Made by a program: the position numbers and the translations under genes. A stretch of 64,000 nt of DNA from an uncultured Candidatus Saccharibacteria bacterium (GTDB lineage: Bacteria > Patescibacteriota > Minisyncoccia > Phycocordibacterales > Phycocordibacteraceae): assembly GCA_964607655.1 (NCBI GenBank), contig CAZSKX010000001.1:296939-360938 (forward strand). The letters are read 5' to 3'. This document shows, one piece after another, positions 26,954 through 36,463 of the stretch. Every line of letters begins with the position of its first letter. The first letter of the stretch is position 1. The notes under the pieces are model-generated. The model was not told the DNA's origin and did no database searches. It saw only the letters and a program-made list of their open reading frames with translations.

Positions 26954-27478
26954 TTATAGCGGAACGAAGGAGCTTCCCTCTCCTGCGAGGACCTCTTGCA
27001 TAGACAGGTTGTAGAATTTGACTCGTGTTCCATTATCAAACGATATGTAAAATGGTTTATTGATTGGCCCCTGATTCTGTCTTCCACTAAGAACTGCTTG
27101 ATGTGTAATACCGAACTTATCTAATTCCTTGCCGATAATTACACCCAGATGTTCAAGACCAGTTGGATACTGGTTGTTTGGTTTAGGGGGCATCAATTCT
27201 AATAACTCGCAAGTAAAATCATGCGAGAGCTGGAGAGGCTCTTTAAGCCACATGAATGCAACGGGTCTGCCATTATGCTCATTCTCTGCAAATGACCGCG
27301 AGAACGACTTTAGAGCATCTCGAGTATTATTATATTCCTCGAAACTTGCAAACTTGATACCAAGATGGCTTAACGGATAGCCAGTTATATCTATCCCAAC
27401 CGCCTTGAGTCGATCATATAGATCATCAAAAAAAGATTTATACTCTCCAATTATCTCTGTCATATGGATATTGTACAT
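26954..27478 (-). CDS. VOC/glyoxalase-like hypothetical protein
   Basis: 174 aa, AT-rich gene; weak resemblance to vicinal-oxygen-chelate fold proteins. Confidence 0.4.
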   Translation of the reverse strand: MYNIHMTEIIGEYKSFFDDLYDRLKAVGIDITGYPLSHLGIKFASFEEYNNTRDALKSFSRSFAENEHNGRPVAFMWLKEPLQLSHDFTCELLELMPPKPNNQYPTGLEHLGVIIGKELDKFGITHQAVLSGRQNQGPINKPFYISFDNGTRVKFYNLSMQEVLAGEGSSFVPL

Positions 27479-27539
27479 TAACGGGCTCCGCGCGTAAGCA
27501 AAAATTTGCTCGCGGTCGCCTCGCTCGAAAATGACAAAA

Positions 27540-27568
27540 GCCCCGCAGGGCTTTTATCATTTTACTCA
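27540..27568 (-). terminator. Terminator downstream of tRNA-Asn
   Basis: rc AAAAGCCCTGCGGGGCTTTTGTCATTTT. Confidence 0.55.
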
Positions 27569-27571
27569 CTC

Positions 27572-27645
27572 GGCTCCGCGAGTAGGACTCGAACCTACAA
27601 CCAACGCCTTAACAGGGCGCTGCTCTACCATTGAGCTATCGCGGA
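27572..27645 (-). tRNA. tRNA-Asn (anticodon GTT)
   Basis: Hand-folded cloverleaf: acceptor UCCGCGA/UCGCGGA, D-arm GCUCAAUGGUAGAGC, anticodon loop CUGUUAA, T-arm GUAGGUUCGAGUCCUAC, discriminator G; CCA not encoded. Confidence 0.85.
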
Positions 27646-27742
27646 ATATCCAGCCCCGAAGGGCCGTCTAGGCATTCTACCCGAAACTCTAAACGAATAA
27701 AAGGCCGCACACGTGGGTGTGCGGCCTTTTGCCGATGAAGGA

Positions 27743-28579
27743 TCACGAGACGTTCCTGGCCGCCTCGAGGGTGTTCTGGAGAAGCATCGCGATCGTCATC
27801 GGACCGATCCCGCCGGGCACGGGCGTGATCGCGGACGCGACTTCGCGAACAGACTCGAAATCGACGTCACCACAGGTCTTTCCGTCCTGCGTGCTGATCC
27901 CTACGTCGACCACCACTGTCCCGGGGCTCACGTACTCCCGCGTTAGGAAGCGCGGCTTCCCTACCGCCGTGATGAGCACGTCCGCCTCGCGACACACGGC
28001 CTTCAAGTCGCTCGTCTGCGAGTGCGCTGTCGTGACTGTCGCGTCCTCCATCAACATGAGCGCCCCGAGCGGCCGGCCGACGATGGTGCTACGCCCCACG
28101 ATTACCACGCGCCGCCCGCGAAGCGAGATGCTGTTGCGCTTCAAGAGCTCGACGACTCCCCGTGGCGTCGCTGGGACGATGTGCGGAGTCCCACGAAGAA
28201 GAAGGCCTTGGTTCACGGGCGTGAACCCGTCGACGTCCTTCTTAGGGTCGATGAGTGACACGATCCGATCCGCGTCGATGTGCTTCGGGAGGGGGAGCTG
28301 CACGAGGTAGCCGTGCACACTCGGATCCTCGTTGAGCTCGCCCAGGAGCGCTTCGAGCTCTTTCTGGCTCACTGTCTCCGGACGATGCTCGATGCGGCCC
28401 AAGAAGCCGACCTCACGAGCAGCCTTTTCTTTGTTGCTGACGTAGAGCCGACTGGCCCCGTTGTTACCGACCAGAACCACGGCGAGGCCAGGACGAATCC
28501 CGAGCTCCGCTGTCGTCTGCGCGATCTCCTTACGGATCTGCGCCGCACACGCCTTCCCATCCAAAATGAGTGCTGACAT
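27743..28579 (-). CDS. folD: Bifunctional methylenetetrahydrofolate dehydrogenase/cyclohydrolase
   Basis: MSALILDGKACAAQIRKEI..., YLVQLPLP and GGIGPMTIAML motifs; ORF-track extension trimmed to the ATG at 28579. Confidence 0.9.
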   Translation of the reverse strand: MSALILDGKACAAQIRKEIAQTTAELGIRPGLAVVLVGNNGASRLYVSNKEKAAREVGFLGRIEHRPETVSQKELEALLGELNEDPSVHGYLVQLPLPKHIDADRIVSLIDPKKDVDGFTPVNQGLLLRGTPHIVPATPRGVVELLKRNSISLRGRRVVIVGRSTIVGRPLGALMLMEDATVTTAHSQTSDLKAVCREADVLITAVGKPRFLTREYVSPGTVVVDVGISTQDGKTCGDVDFESVREVASAITPVPGGIGPMTIAMLLQNTLEAARNVS

Positions 28580-28719
28580 TTCTCTTACTCCTCTGCACGA
28601 AAAGTGCTCGTTGAACTCTGTTTGCATCGTAGCCGCTCAGTTATGACTGGTCAACGCCAGCAGATTGACGTGTCGTGTCTTTGTGTTATTTTAAAGGCAG
28701 ACCAAGAAGGAGAAGGAAA

Positions 28720-29325
28720 ATGACAACAACTGCCTTGCCCCGTCCACCCGGCCGAGAGCTCTATTTCAACCGGCTTGCGATGATCCTCAACCCGCGCGAT
28801 CTGGAGCGGGTCGGGACGGCATACAAGCTTTCAAAGTACGGCCATGCACGTCAAAAGCGAGACGACGGCTCGCGCTACTTCGATCACCCCAAGGAGGTCA
28901 ACTGGATCTACGTCGACGAGCTCGGTGGACGGTCGGCACGACTGATGATATGCAATCTGTTGCATGACACCATCGAGGACCAATTCCTGCTCACGTTCAA
29001 CGTGATTCGAAGGCTCTTTGGTACTGCCGTCGCTCGCGATGTCCATGCTATTTCCAAGCAAGAGAACGAGCCGACGGACGTGTACATCCGGCGTGTAATC
29101 GAGCGCGGCCCGTATACGATGACGAGCAAGCTCTGTGATCGGCTCCACAACAACCGCAGCCTGCGGGGAGTCGATCCGGAGAAGACAGAGCGCACGCGGA
29201 GAAGTACTCGCGAGTACCATTTGCCGATGCTCATCCCTGAGCTGAAGCGTTGTGGCCGCCGCTGGGCCAAGCATGCTGCCAAGCTCGAAGGGCTCATGGA
29301 AGAAGCCATGGCTCGGCCTTACTAA
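28720..29325 (+). CDS. HD-domain protein, small (p)ppGpp hydrolase (Mesh1/SpoT-HD)-like
   Basis: His...HD motifs (YFDHPKEV ... LLHDTIED); RBS AAGGAGAAGGA before the ATG at 28720. Confidence 0.65.
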   Translation: MTTTALPRPPGRELYFNRLAMILNPRDLERVGTAYKLSKYGHARQKRDDGSRYFDHPKEVNWIYVDELGGRSARLMICNLLHDTIEDQFLLTFNVIRRLFGTAVARDVHAISKQENEPTDVYIRRVIERGPYTMTSKLCDRLHNNRSLRGVDPEKTERTRRSTREYHLPMLIPELKRCGRRWAKHAAKLEGLMEEAMARPY

Positions 29326-29379
29326 ACAACAGCCTCACCCGAGAAGGTCTCCCACGACCTCCACTCGTGTGAGGCCTTC

Positions 29380-30546
29380 TTATTTTCTACCTAGAAAATC
29401 CTTTGGGTCTAAGCCTTTGGGATAGATAAACAATTCTGTGCTGTCGAGCTTTTCTCTCACATCGTCGATAAACTGCCATGAGGCGAGCACTTCTCCCATA
29501 CCAATAAACTTCGATCGATCGTCCCTAAAGGCCGCTTCGATTAACGTCGCGTATTCTGCCTGGCCACCTGAAGCGTCGAGATCAAACGTTTCTAACGAAC
29601 CGTCCTCATACGAGAAGGTGATCGTCGTTTCTTTCTTCCTAAGCGCCTTCCCTGTCTCGAGCACTACGACAACCCCTTTTGCACTTGGGTGACGGCTCTC
29701 GGCAGAGACGCGCACATAGGTCTCAGACTCTGAATCCGGCGCCACCCCGTCAGCGTCTCGATAACCAATATACTGACCACGCACGAGGTCGCCTGTCGGG
29801 GCAAGCTGCTCTATGACTCGCGCTCGCGCTTCTTGGACATACGGCTCGGCTTCTCCACTATCAACGAGTGACGTTGCCGCCATGAGTAACAAGTGATTCT
29901 GGGCGACATCGCGTAGCGCACCAACGGCGTCATAAAACTTTCCCCGACCGCGCACATCGAGCTCTTCAAGAATGCGGCAGTGCACCGACACGAGCTTACC
30001 AGATTTCTTCTGGTAACGCGCTACCGCCTCGAGCCCCGGCTTAACGAGATAGTGATCGATTCTGAAGATCTGCGACGGATGAAAATACTTCTCGATAAAA
30101 GTCTCGAGCTCGAGCGCTGAATCCCGCCGTGTACCAAATGGCTTCTCGAGCATGACACGTCCCCCGAGCCCGGCCTCTCCAAGGCCTCGAACGATCGGCA
30201 TATACCACTCGGGGTGGATCGCGAGATGATACACAACGGTTTGCGTGTCGATCAATTTTCTTAGAGAGCGATAGAGAATCGCGTCGTCGAGCTCCCCTTG
30301 CAGATAGTGAATACGTTCGAGGAACGTCTCAACCCCTCCCTTCGCCGCTCCACCAAGAGCCTGTTTTACAAATGAGCGATACTCCTCGCTCGTCCACGCT
30401 CGGCGCCCACAGGCGACAATCATCGTCCCCTCTATACGATTTTTTTGATGAAGCGCGTACAGGCCAGGAAAGATCTTGCGCGTAGCCAGATCACCCGTTG
30501 AGCCGAAGAGCACATACGCTTTTCCAGCAATTTGATCTGGTGCCAT
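29380..30546 (-). CDS. zwf: Glucose-6-phosphate dehydrogenase (short form)
   Basis: NADP motif GSTGDLATRK, RIDHYLVK and EKPFG signatures; start taken at MAPDQIAG (alternative ATG at 30603). Confidence 0.7.
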   Translation of the reverse strand: MAPDQIAGKAYVLFGSTGDLATRKIFPGLYALHQKNRIEGTMIVACGRRAWTSEEYRSFVKQALGGAAKGGVETFLERIHYLQGELDDAILYRSLRKLIDTQTVVYHLAIHPEWYMPIVRGLGEAGLGGRVMLEKPFGTRRDSALELETFIEKYFHPSQIFRIDHYLVKPGLEAVARYQKKSGKLVSVHCRILEELDVRGRGKFYDAVGALRDVAQNHLLLMAATSLVDSGEAEPYVQEARARVIEQLAPTGDLVRGQYIGYRDADGVAPDSESETYVRVSAESRHPSAKGVVVVLETGKALRKKETTITFSYEDGSLETFDLDASGGQAEYATLIEAAFRDDRSKFIGMGEVLASWQFIDDVREKLDSTELFIYPKGLDPKDFLGRK

Positions 30547-30601
30547 GGCAACACTGCTATTGTACCTCGGGTAGTACTCGTGGTATTGATAGATAATATT
30601 C

Positions 30602-31027
30602 ATGAAAAAGCGTCGTTCAAAATACTCCCCCGGAGGATTCAAACTGCGGGTTAAGAAGTCAAAAGCCGGCAAGGGTCTCTTTGCCGAGGAAGATATTCCT
30701 CGTGACGTATGCATTATCGAATACATCGGTAAGCGCATTAGCGAAGAGAAAGCGGCGCAGGATAACGGCAAGTATTACTTCGAACTCTCTCCTCGTAAGA
30801 CGATCGACGGCAACATTAAGGAAAACATCGCTCGATATATTAATCACTCATGCCTCGGTAACTGTGAGGCGATCGGGCCTAACGGGCGCATCTTTATCTT
30901 CTCTCGTCGACGGATCAAGGCCGGAGAAGAGCTAACGTACGACTACGGTAAAGAATATTTCGATCGGCACATTAAGCCCTACGGCTGCCGCTGTGCCAAA
31001 TGCGCGAAGGAAAAGGCTCGTGCCTAA
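30602..31027 (+). CDS. SET-domain protein (putative protein-lysine methyltransferase)
   Basis: GKGLFA, ARYINHSC, ELTYDYG and post-SET CRCAKC motifs; 141 aa. Confidence 0.8.
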   Translation: MKKRRSKYSPGGFKLRVKKSKAGKGLFAEEDIPRDVCIIEYIGKRISEEKAAQDNGKYYFELSPRKTIDGNIKENIARYINHSCLGNCEAIGPNGRIFIFSRRRIKAGEELTYDYGKEYFDRHIKPYGCRCAKCAKEKARA

Positions 31028-31941
31028 TCTTTCTTAATAAACCGCCTGCGCGCGGGCGCTTTCTCTACGTGGAATATCTCGCTCGTGCCGCTGAAGATCT
31101 CATTCGCAACAGAGTTTTCAAGCAATTGAGCTGATTTGAGTGCCGCTTTCTTTTCTTGAAGGGGTCGAATCGCGGCCAATGCTTGTTTGTACGCAAGCAC
31201 TAGGTCGGGCTTATCGTGCGCCTGCGCGTACTCGCACATGGCGCTGAGCTGTGCCACGATCTCCTGCACGAAGAGCTGTTGGACGGGGTGCGCCGCGAGC
31301 TCACGATTTCTTCGGTTCATCCAGAGCTCGGCAAGCTCCTCAACGATGTCTTCGCTCACGCCGACGACGGTACGCGGCACGTTGTTGCGAGTGCCCATAA
31401 AGTCTCCTCGCTCATCTTTAAAGTATTTAACCGAGCCGAGTTTGCCGGTATCAATTTCTGCCTTAATCTGTTCCAGCTTCTCTTTGACCTTCCGCTTGCC
31501 GAACGTGACATCTACGGCAAGCGCAAGGACCCTCGACCCTTCCTCGGCCGTAAACCACTCAGCAATCATGTCGACCTTGTTCTTATAGTCATCGAAGGGC
31601 GTGGTCTTAAGCAGACTTGCGTCTCCAAACCATTCATTCATCTCTGCTTGATCGAGTACGATCGCTTCAAAAATGTCTGCCACCTCCTTCATGCGTCGCT
31701 CTTCGGGAGAATTGTCGGCGTCAAAGATCTTCTCGAGTCTCGCGACGTACTCCAGGTCCGCACGAATGTCTTGCTCATTGTAGACCGACCCAAAATCTGC
31801 CATCTGGATGGCATACTCAGGATTCTCTAAGACTTCGCCGTGTGCTCGTTCGTATGCCTTGCGCATAAGCGGGGAGAGCTCCAGCTGGCCGCGGCGACGC
31901 TCGCTACGCTCTTTGGCAATGATGTCGTTTTCGATACTCAT
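31024..31941 (-). CDS. Hypothetical protein (305 aa)
   Basis: Long ORF, 4-nt overlap with the SET gene stop; no recognised domain. Confidence 0.5.
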   Translation of the reverse strand: MSIENDIIAKERSERRRGQLELSPLMRKAYERAHGEVLENPEYAIQMADFGSVYNEQDIRADLEYVARLEKIFDADNSPEERRMKEVADIFEAIVLDQAEMNEWFGDASLLKTTPFDDYKNKVDMIAEWFTAEEGSRVLALAVDVTFGKRKVKEKLEQIKAEIDTGKLGSVKYFKDERGDFMGTRNNVPRTVVGVSEDIVEELAELWMNRRNRELAAHPVQQLFVQEIVAQLSAMCEYAQAHDKPDLVLAYKQALAAIRPLQEKKAALKSAQLLENSVANEIFSGTSEIFHVEKAPARRRFIKKD

Positions 31942-32108
31942 GGAGACAGTATACCGCGCTTCCCCTTCGATTACCGAAGAGCTTGACAGATTTGAGACAA
32001 CATGCTAGGGTATAAGCAGTCAGCTCCTTCCATCTTGAGGAGGTCCCGAGATACTACACCGTATCTCGCTGATTCATCACTGAATCAGCTTACCCATCAC
32101 TCACGCGT

Positions 32109-32291
32109 ATGCCATTATTCCGCGTCTTGGGGTTCGGACTCTTCCTTCTCATCATTGCCATTGCGATGCCAGCAGTCTTTGCCGCGCTTACAGAAACCAT
32201 CCTGGTCTTCTTACAAAGCGCTCAGCAAGCCTTCTTGGCCGCAGGTATCTTGGCTTCTTACGCGGGACACATTCCACCCTCTCTCCCCTAA
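32109..32291 (+). CDS. Possible small 2-TM membrane peptide
   Basis: 60-aa hydrophobic ORF, no RBS. Confidence 0.2.
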   Translation: MPLFRVLGFGLFLLIIAIAMPAVFAALTETILVFLQSAQQAFLAAGILASYAGHIPPSLP

Positions 32292-32351
32292 GAAGCACCG
32301 GCCGCCCTCTCGTCTTCACGAGTAAGGGCGGTCTTCATTTTTATATAGCCG

Positions 32352-32795
32352 CTAGATAGTAAACGGCGCGATAGTGCCATAATAGCGAAGGAGATGGTGC
32401 CCGCCCCCGTTATAGACACGTACGATATAGCCATACGATCCGCTACTGAGCGTAGTGCTGTCACAGCTGCTAGTCGTCCAGAAATTCAAATTCACACCCG
32501 GCGGGACGGTGACATCGAACGTCTTTCCGCGCACTACTTGTCGGGTCGAGGTAACGAGATCAACGTCTACAGAGACTTTAATGTCGCGTTTGCCCTGATT
32601 GTGGAGAAGGAAGCTCAGCGGTCGACACTGATCACCTACGGTCCCGCCAAGCCGATACCCACCCATATATACATTATCGGGAGAACCATGCGCCGCATCG
32701 ATCGCTTTTGCACCCGCGAAAGGTACAAAAGCACTCAGCGTTAGAGCACTTACGACTGTTAACTGTAGAGCACTTTTGATTATAGAAGTTTTCAT
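32352..32795 (-). CDS. Secreted hypothetical protein
   Basis: Signal peptide MKTSIIKSALQLTVVSALTLSAFVPFAGAKA. Confidence 0.55.
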   Translation of the reverse strand: MKTSIIKSALQLTVVSALTLSAFVPFAGAKAIDAAHGSPDNVYMGGYRLGGTVGDQCRPLSFLLHNQGKRDIKVSVDVDLVTSTRQVVRGKTFDVTVPPGVNLNFWTTSSCDSTTLSSGSYGYIVRVYNGGGHHLLRYYGTIAPFTI

Positions 32796-32959
32796 AGACT
32801 ACCATCATGCCTCAGTGTAGCTGTGAATGACGTGAAGGGGAAAACCGCTAGTTTTGCCAGAATTTGTTAAACCATTAGTTGCTGACCCTATCAAGCTCAG
32901 CTATACTCTCGAGCAGACTGCTCATTTCGGGCAGCACTACACGGTCAAGGGGAATGTTC

Positions 32960-33694
32960 ATGAACAAACACATCACCATGTGGACGAGCGCTCTCGCGCT
33001 GATTCTGGGGCTCTCGAGCGCGGGCACCGCCCACGCCGCCGGCACGCCGAGCGTATTTCCGATGACGGGAACGCTCGACATGGAGATCCATCTGGACGTC
33101 GCGGTGACGTCCGGGAACGGGCTCTCGGTCACGATCGACGGTCACGAATCGGTCTCCCGCGGCACGATCGCGAGCACCAAGGGGAAGGCGACCTTCGTCG
33201 CGCCGTATACGCCGGTGCCGGGGAATCCCAAAGGCAGCGGCGTCTCGATCTCCTTCCCGGACATCGTGATGAGCGATCCCGTCGTGCACGCGAAGATCAT
33301 CGCCGGCAGCGACTCGAGCCAGACGATGAGCTGGCAGTCGAGCGACGGCGAGGTCTCCCTCGACCCGCTCGCCCCGAACGGCTCGGCGATGCTCGTGCGC
33401 GGCACGGCGAACAAGACGCGCGTCTTCACGCTGGACAAGGTCTGCGGTGGACTCTTCATCGTCGGCGTGCGCGGCATCTTCCCGACCGGCGCTTCGCTCG
33501 AGCTCACCTTCGTGGAGGGCAGTTCGGAGGTGACCAGGACGGTACCGCTCATCGGCGCTGGCGCCGCGCTCTGGACGCAGCTGTCGAAGCCGGTGGAAAC
33601 GGGCGTGAACGGATCGACCAAGTGGACGATCACGGCCGACTCGTCGGCCACGTCGAGCCCGATCGGCTGCCGGTCGATCCCGGTGGTGCAGTAG
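32960..33694 (+). CDS. Secreted hypothetical protein (GC-rich)
   Basis: RBS AAGGGGAA; signal peptide MNKHITMWTSALALILGLSSAGTAHA. Confidence 0.6.
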   Translation: MNKHITMWTSALALILGLSSAGTAHAAGTPSVFPMTGTLDMEIHLDVAVTSGNGLSVTIDGHESVSRGTIASTKGKATFVAPYTPVPGNPKGSGVSISFPDIVMSDPVVHAKIIAGSDSSQTMSWQSSDGEVSLDPLAPNGSAMLVRGTANKTRVFTLDKVCGGLFIVGVRGIFPTGASLELTFVEGSSEVTRTVPLIGAGAALWTQLSKPVETGVNGSTKWTITADSSATSSPIGCRSIPVVQ

Positions 33695-33883
33695 GCGTTC
33701 TACGGCCGCACCAGAAGCTCTGTGCGCGGGTCCCAGCAATTGCTGGGGCCCGTGGCACAGAGTTTTTCTTTTTATGTCGCCATGATACTGTTGAGCTTAA
33801 CCGTGCTTTAGTCTCAAGGAGCATAGGGGTCGCGCGCCATGGTGGCGCGCGATTGATTTGATTGAGAGAAGGAGTTCTTTCCC

Positions 33884-34810
33884 ATGCACAGATTCATTTC
33901 GCGACGAGTGCTCGTCGCATCCCTCCTCGCCTGTTTCGCGATCCCGCTCGGGGCCTCGGCACAGACGTCGTCGACCAACCAGGTCGACATCGCAGGCGTT
34001 TCGATCATCGCGACGCCGGTGGACCCTGCGTGCCAGGGTCAACCCTGCACGATGGACGTTGCGCAGATCTGCGCCAAAGGCTCGAACTTTGGCCTGACCA
34101 CCGGCGACCTGCTGCTCGCGAACGTTTCGCTGAAGGGCCCGGGCGCCAGCTTCGTCTGGAGCGACACGCAAGCCTGCGTCGTGCTCCCGACGGATGCGGC
34201 GTACCTCTCGGGCAACTACAAGCTCACGGTGGTGAGCACGAAGGGCGTCGATTCGAACGGCAAGCCGTACAGCGCTTCGACGATGATCGCGATCGGCGCC
34301 GGCGCCCCCGGCCCGCAGGGAGCCCGTGGCCCAGCCGGCAAGGACGGCGCATCGGGTACCAATGGCAAAGACGGAGCGCCCGGACAGAACGGACGTGACG
34401 GAGCGCCGGGTCAGAACGGCAAAGACGGCCGCTCGAGCAAGGCCTGGGGCAAGAGCTGCCTGAACAAGTTCATCGCCGCCACCCCCACCCTGCTCGCGTC
34501 GAAGACGGACACCGGCCAAGACGTGTACACGCTGCGCGCGACGGTCAAGGCCCCCTGGGCCAACGGCCAGAAGGCCATTTCGTGTAGCCTCACGGCCACC
34601 GAGAACGGCGTCAAGACCACGATCGACAGCGGCGAAACCCAACTCGTCGGCACCCAGCAGGTGCTGGCGAAGGGGACGGTCGTCCTCGACGGCGTCTACA
34701 CGCCGACCGGCGGCTCGAGCGCTTCGGTCACCTTCGACCTCGTCTGCTCGGCCTCGGACACCAGGACGGTCGCGAAGTGCACCATGACCGCAACCGGCGG
34801 CATCAACTAG
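33884..34810 (+). CDS. Secreted collagen-like triple-helix-repeat protein
   Basis: Signal peptide, then 14 consecutive GXY triplets (GAPGPQGARGPAGKDGASGTNGKDGAPGQNGRDGAPGQNGKDG); RBS GAGAAGGAG. Confidence 0.7.
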   Translation: MHRFISRRVLVASLLACFAIPLGASAQTSSTNQVDIAGVSIIATPVDPACQGQPCTMDVAQICAKGSNFGLTTGDLLLANVSLKGPGASFVWSDTQACVVLPTDAAYLSGNYKLTVVSTKGVDSNGKPYSASTMIAIGAGAPGPQGARGPAGKDGASGTNGKDGAPGQNGRDGAPGQNGKDGRSSKAWGKSCLNKFIAATPTLLASKTDTGQDVYTLRATVKAPWANGQKAISCSLTATENGVKTTIDSGETQLVGTQQVLAKGTVVLDGVYTPTGGSSASVTFDLVCSASDTRTVAKCTMTATGGIN

Positions 34811-34868
34811 CACTGCCTCGGCAGCGCCACAACCCGGCACGGAGGACTTCCTCCGTGCCGGGTTTTTC

Positions 34869-36461
34869 TTATCCGAGGGGAAGCTCGACTTCAAACCGCG
34901 TTCCCTTCCCTGACCCTTCAGAAAAGGCCTTGATCGTCCCCCTGTGCGCGTCTACAACCTGCTTCGCGATGTAGAGCCCGTACCCTGTTGAGTGCACATT
35001 CACCTTAACCGAATCCTTGCCTTTCCCACCTTCGGTAAAAAGCCTTGGCATATCTTCAGGCGTAATACCCACTCCCGTGTCTTCCACGACCAGCTTCGCG
35101 CGCCCGTCACCAGACGTGGCACTGATACGTACCTCCCCGTAGAGCGTGTACCGGACGGCGTTATCGATAAGATTCTCGATCACGTGACGCTTGATCTTAA
35201 GCTCATCACCCACCACCATACACGTCGTCCGCGGCGGCATGGAGATCTTCACGACAAGTTTCTTCTCAGCCAGAAGTGGCCGGTACTTTGACGCCACTTC
35301 CGCAATGGCCGCAAAGAAGTCAAACGATTTGTGCTCATAGCTGGTCGTGCCTTTTTTAAGATTTGACGCGTCAAGAATATTGATCACCATCGTGGCGCCA
35401 GTGCGCACATCTTCGAGCGCGTGTGCGGCCATCTCCTTAAGCGCTGGGGGCGCCTCGCCGAAGTCCCCTTCACCGATTCCGGCGAACGTCGCTTCACTCT
35501 TCGTAAAGTAGCCTTTAACCTCATGCCCAATGAAGTGTAGTAGTGTTTCTTGCCGACTATTCACGTGGGAGATCTCTTTGGCCTGTGCCTCGATGAGTTC
35601 GCGTTGTTTGACCTGTTTGACGATGCTTCGAATCAAGAACACCCCGAGCACAAGCATGATCAAAAACAGCCCAACATTAATCCCAAAGTCGATCGAATTT
35701 TCTGAGAAAATAGCTCTGGCGAGGAGCACAATCCAAAGGAGGACAATAAGCGCTTCCGTAGCGACAACGCGCACACTGAAAAGCTGTAGTCGAGCCACCG
35801 CATAGGCGATCGTCGACAACCAAAATGCAAGTGCAGTAGGCCCCACCCACAGATACTCAAAGATTCCATACGTGAGAAGGACATCGTTTGCCACGCCCGC
35901 TATCGCGAGCGTCGTATACGTGGCGACCAATATTGCTGCAATACGTAAGCGCCCCTCTCGCGAAGAACGTCGGTACTTACGGATCAATATAATGAGCGCA
36001 ACACCGTACAACCCCCATAATTCAACATCAACAAGAAAACGTAACGGCCCAAAATGGAATCCGCGCACCGACTCACTCACATATATCGCCCCCGCCACGA
36101 TAAGATCTGTGCCGAGGTATAGCCACGCCGATATACCAAAGATGCCAACAAGCGACCAAAAAAAAGTTTTTGACGGCGGCTGCTCTTCGTCGAAGGCTCG
36201 AGCAAGATAGAGGAACGGCACGGCGGTGCTTGTGCCTGCCAAGTAGAGGAACCGTGCCAAGAAATCGAGAAGCTCTGGACGCGTTGCGTCAGTAAGGAGG
36301 TAGGTGCCGACCCCAAAGCCCCATGCCGCTGCCATAATCGTTAGTCCAACAAATCCCAAGTTGGTACGGTTACGAAAGTCCTGCGCGAGGATAATGCCTC
36401 CAAGCACCATAATAAAGGCGGCGACTGTGAGCACGACGACTGGTTGAAACGCGTAGTCCAT
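34869..36461 (-). CDS. Multi-TM sensor histidine kinase, atypical H-box (paralog 1)
   Basis: About 8 N-terminal TM helices, coiled linker, H-box HFIGHEVKGYF, HATPase N/G boxes (LIDNAVRYT, VEDTGVGI, GYGLYIAKQ). Confidence 0.8.
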   Translation of the reverse strand: MDYAFQPVVVLTVAAFIMVLGGIILAQDFRNRTNLGFVGLTIMAAAWGFGVGTYLLTDATRPELLDFLARFLYLAGTSTAVPFLYLARAFDEEQPPSKTFFWSLVGIFGISAWLYLGTDLIVAGAIYVSESVRGFHFGPLRFLVDVELWGLYGVALIILIRKYRRSSREGRLRIAAILVATYTTLAIAGVANDVLLTYGIFEYLWVGPTALAFWLSTIAYAVARLQLFSVRVVATEALIVLLWIVLLARAIFSENSIDFGINVGLFLIMLVLGVFLIRSIVKQVKQRELIEAQAKEISHVNSRQETLLHFIGHEVKGYFTKSEATFAGIGEGDFGEAPPALKEMAAHALEDVRTGATMVINILDASNLKKGTTSYEHKSFDFFAAIAEVASKYRPLLAEKKLVVKISMPPRTTCMVVGDELKIKRHVIENLIDNAVRYTLYGEVRISATSGDGRAKLVVEDTGVGITPEDMPRLFTEGGKGKDSVKVNVHSTGYGLYIAKQVVDAHRGTIKAFSEGSGKGTRFEVELPLG

Positions 36462-36463
36462 AC

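Noticed and set aside
27572-27645. Direct repeat of the tRNA-Asn 3' end marking an island att site
   Set aside because: Only a 7-mer (TCGAACC) is shared with the island repeat tails, and no longer match to the tRNA 3' half was found in the window.
32854-34894. Long ORFs on opposite strands or other frames (32854..33861 +, 32945..33739 -, 33142..33651 -, 33797..34894 -, 33862..34398 +), all Arg/Gly/Asp-rich
   Set aside because: They overlap the well-supported secreted-protein genes 32960..33694 and 33884..34810. In 65-70% GC DNA, stop-free alternative frames are expected. The compositions are Arg/Pro/Gly-biased with no motifs.
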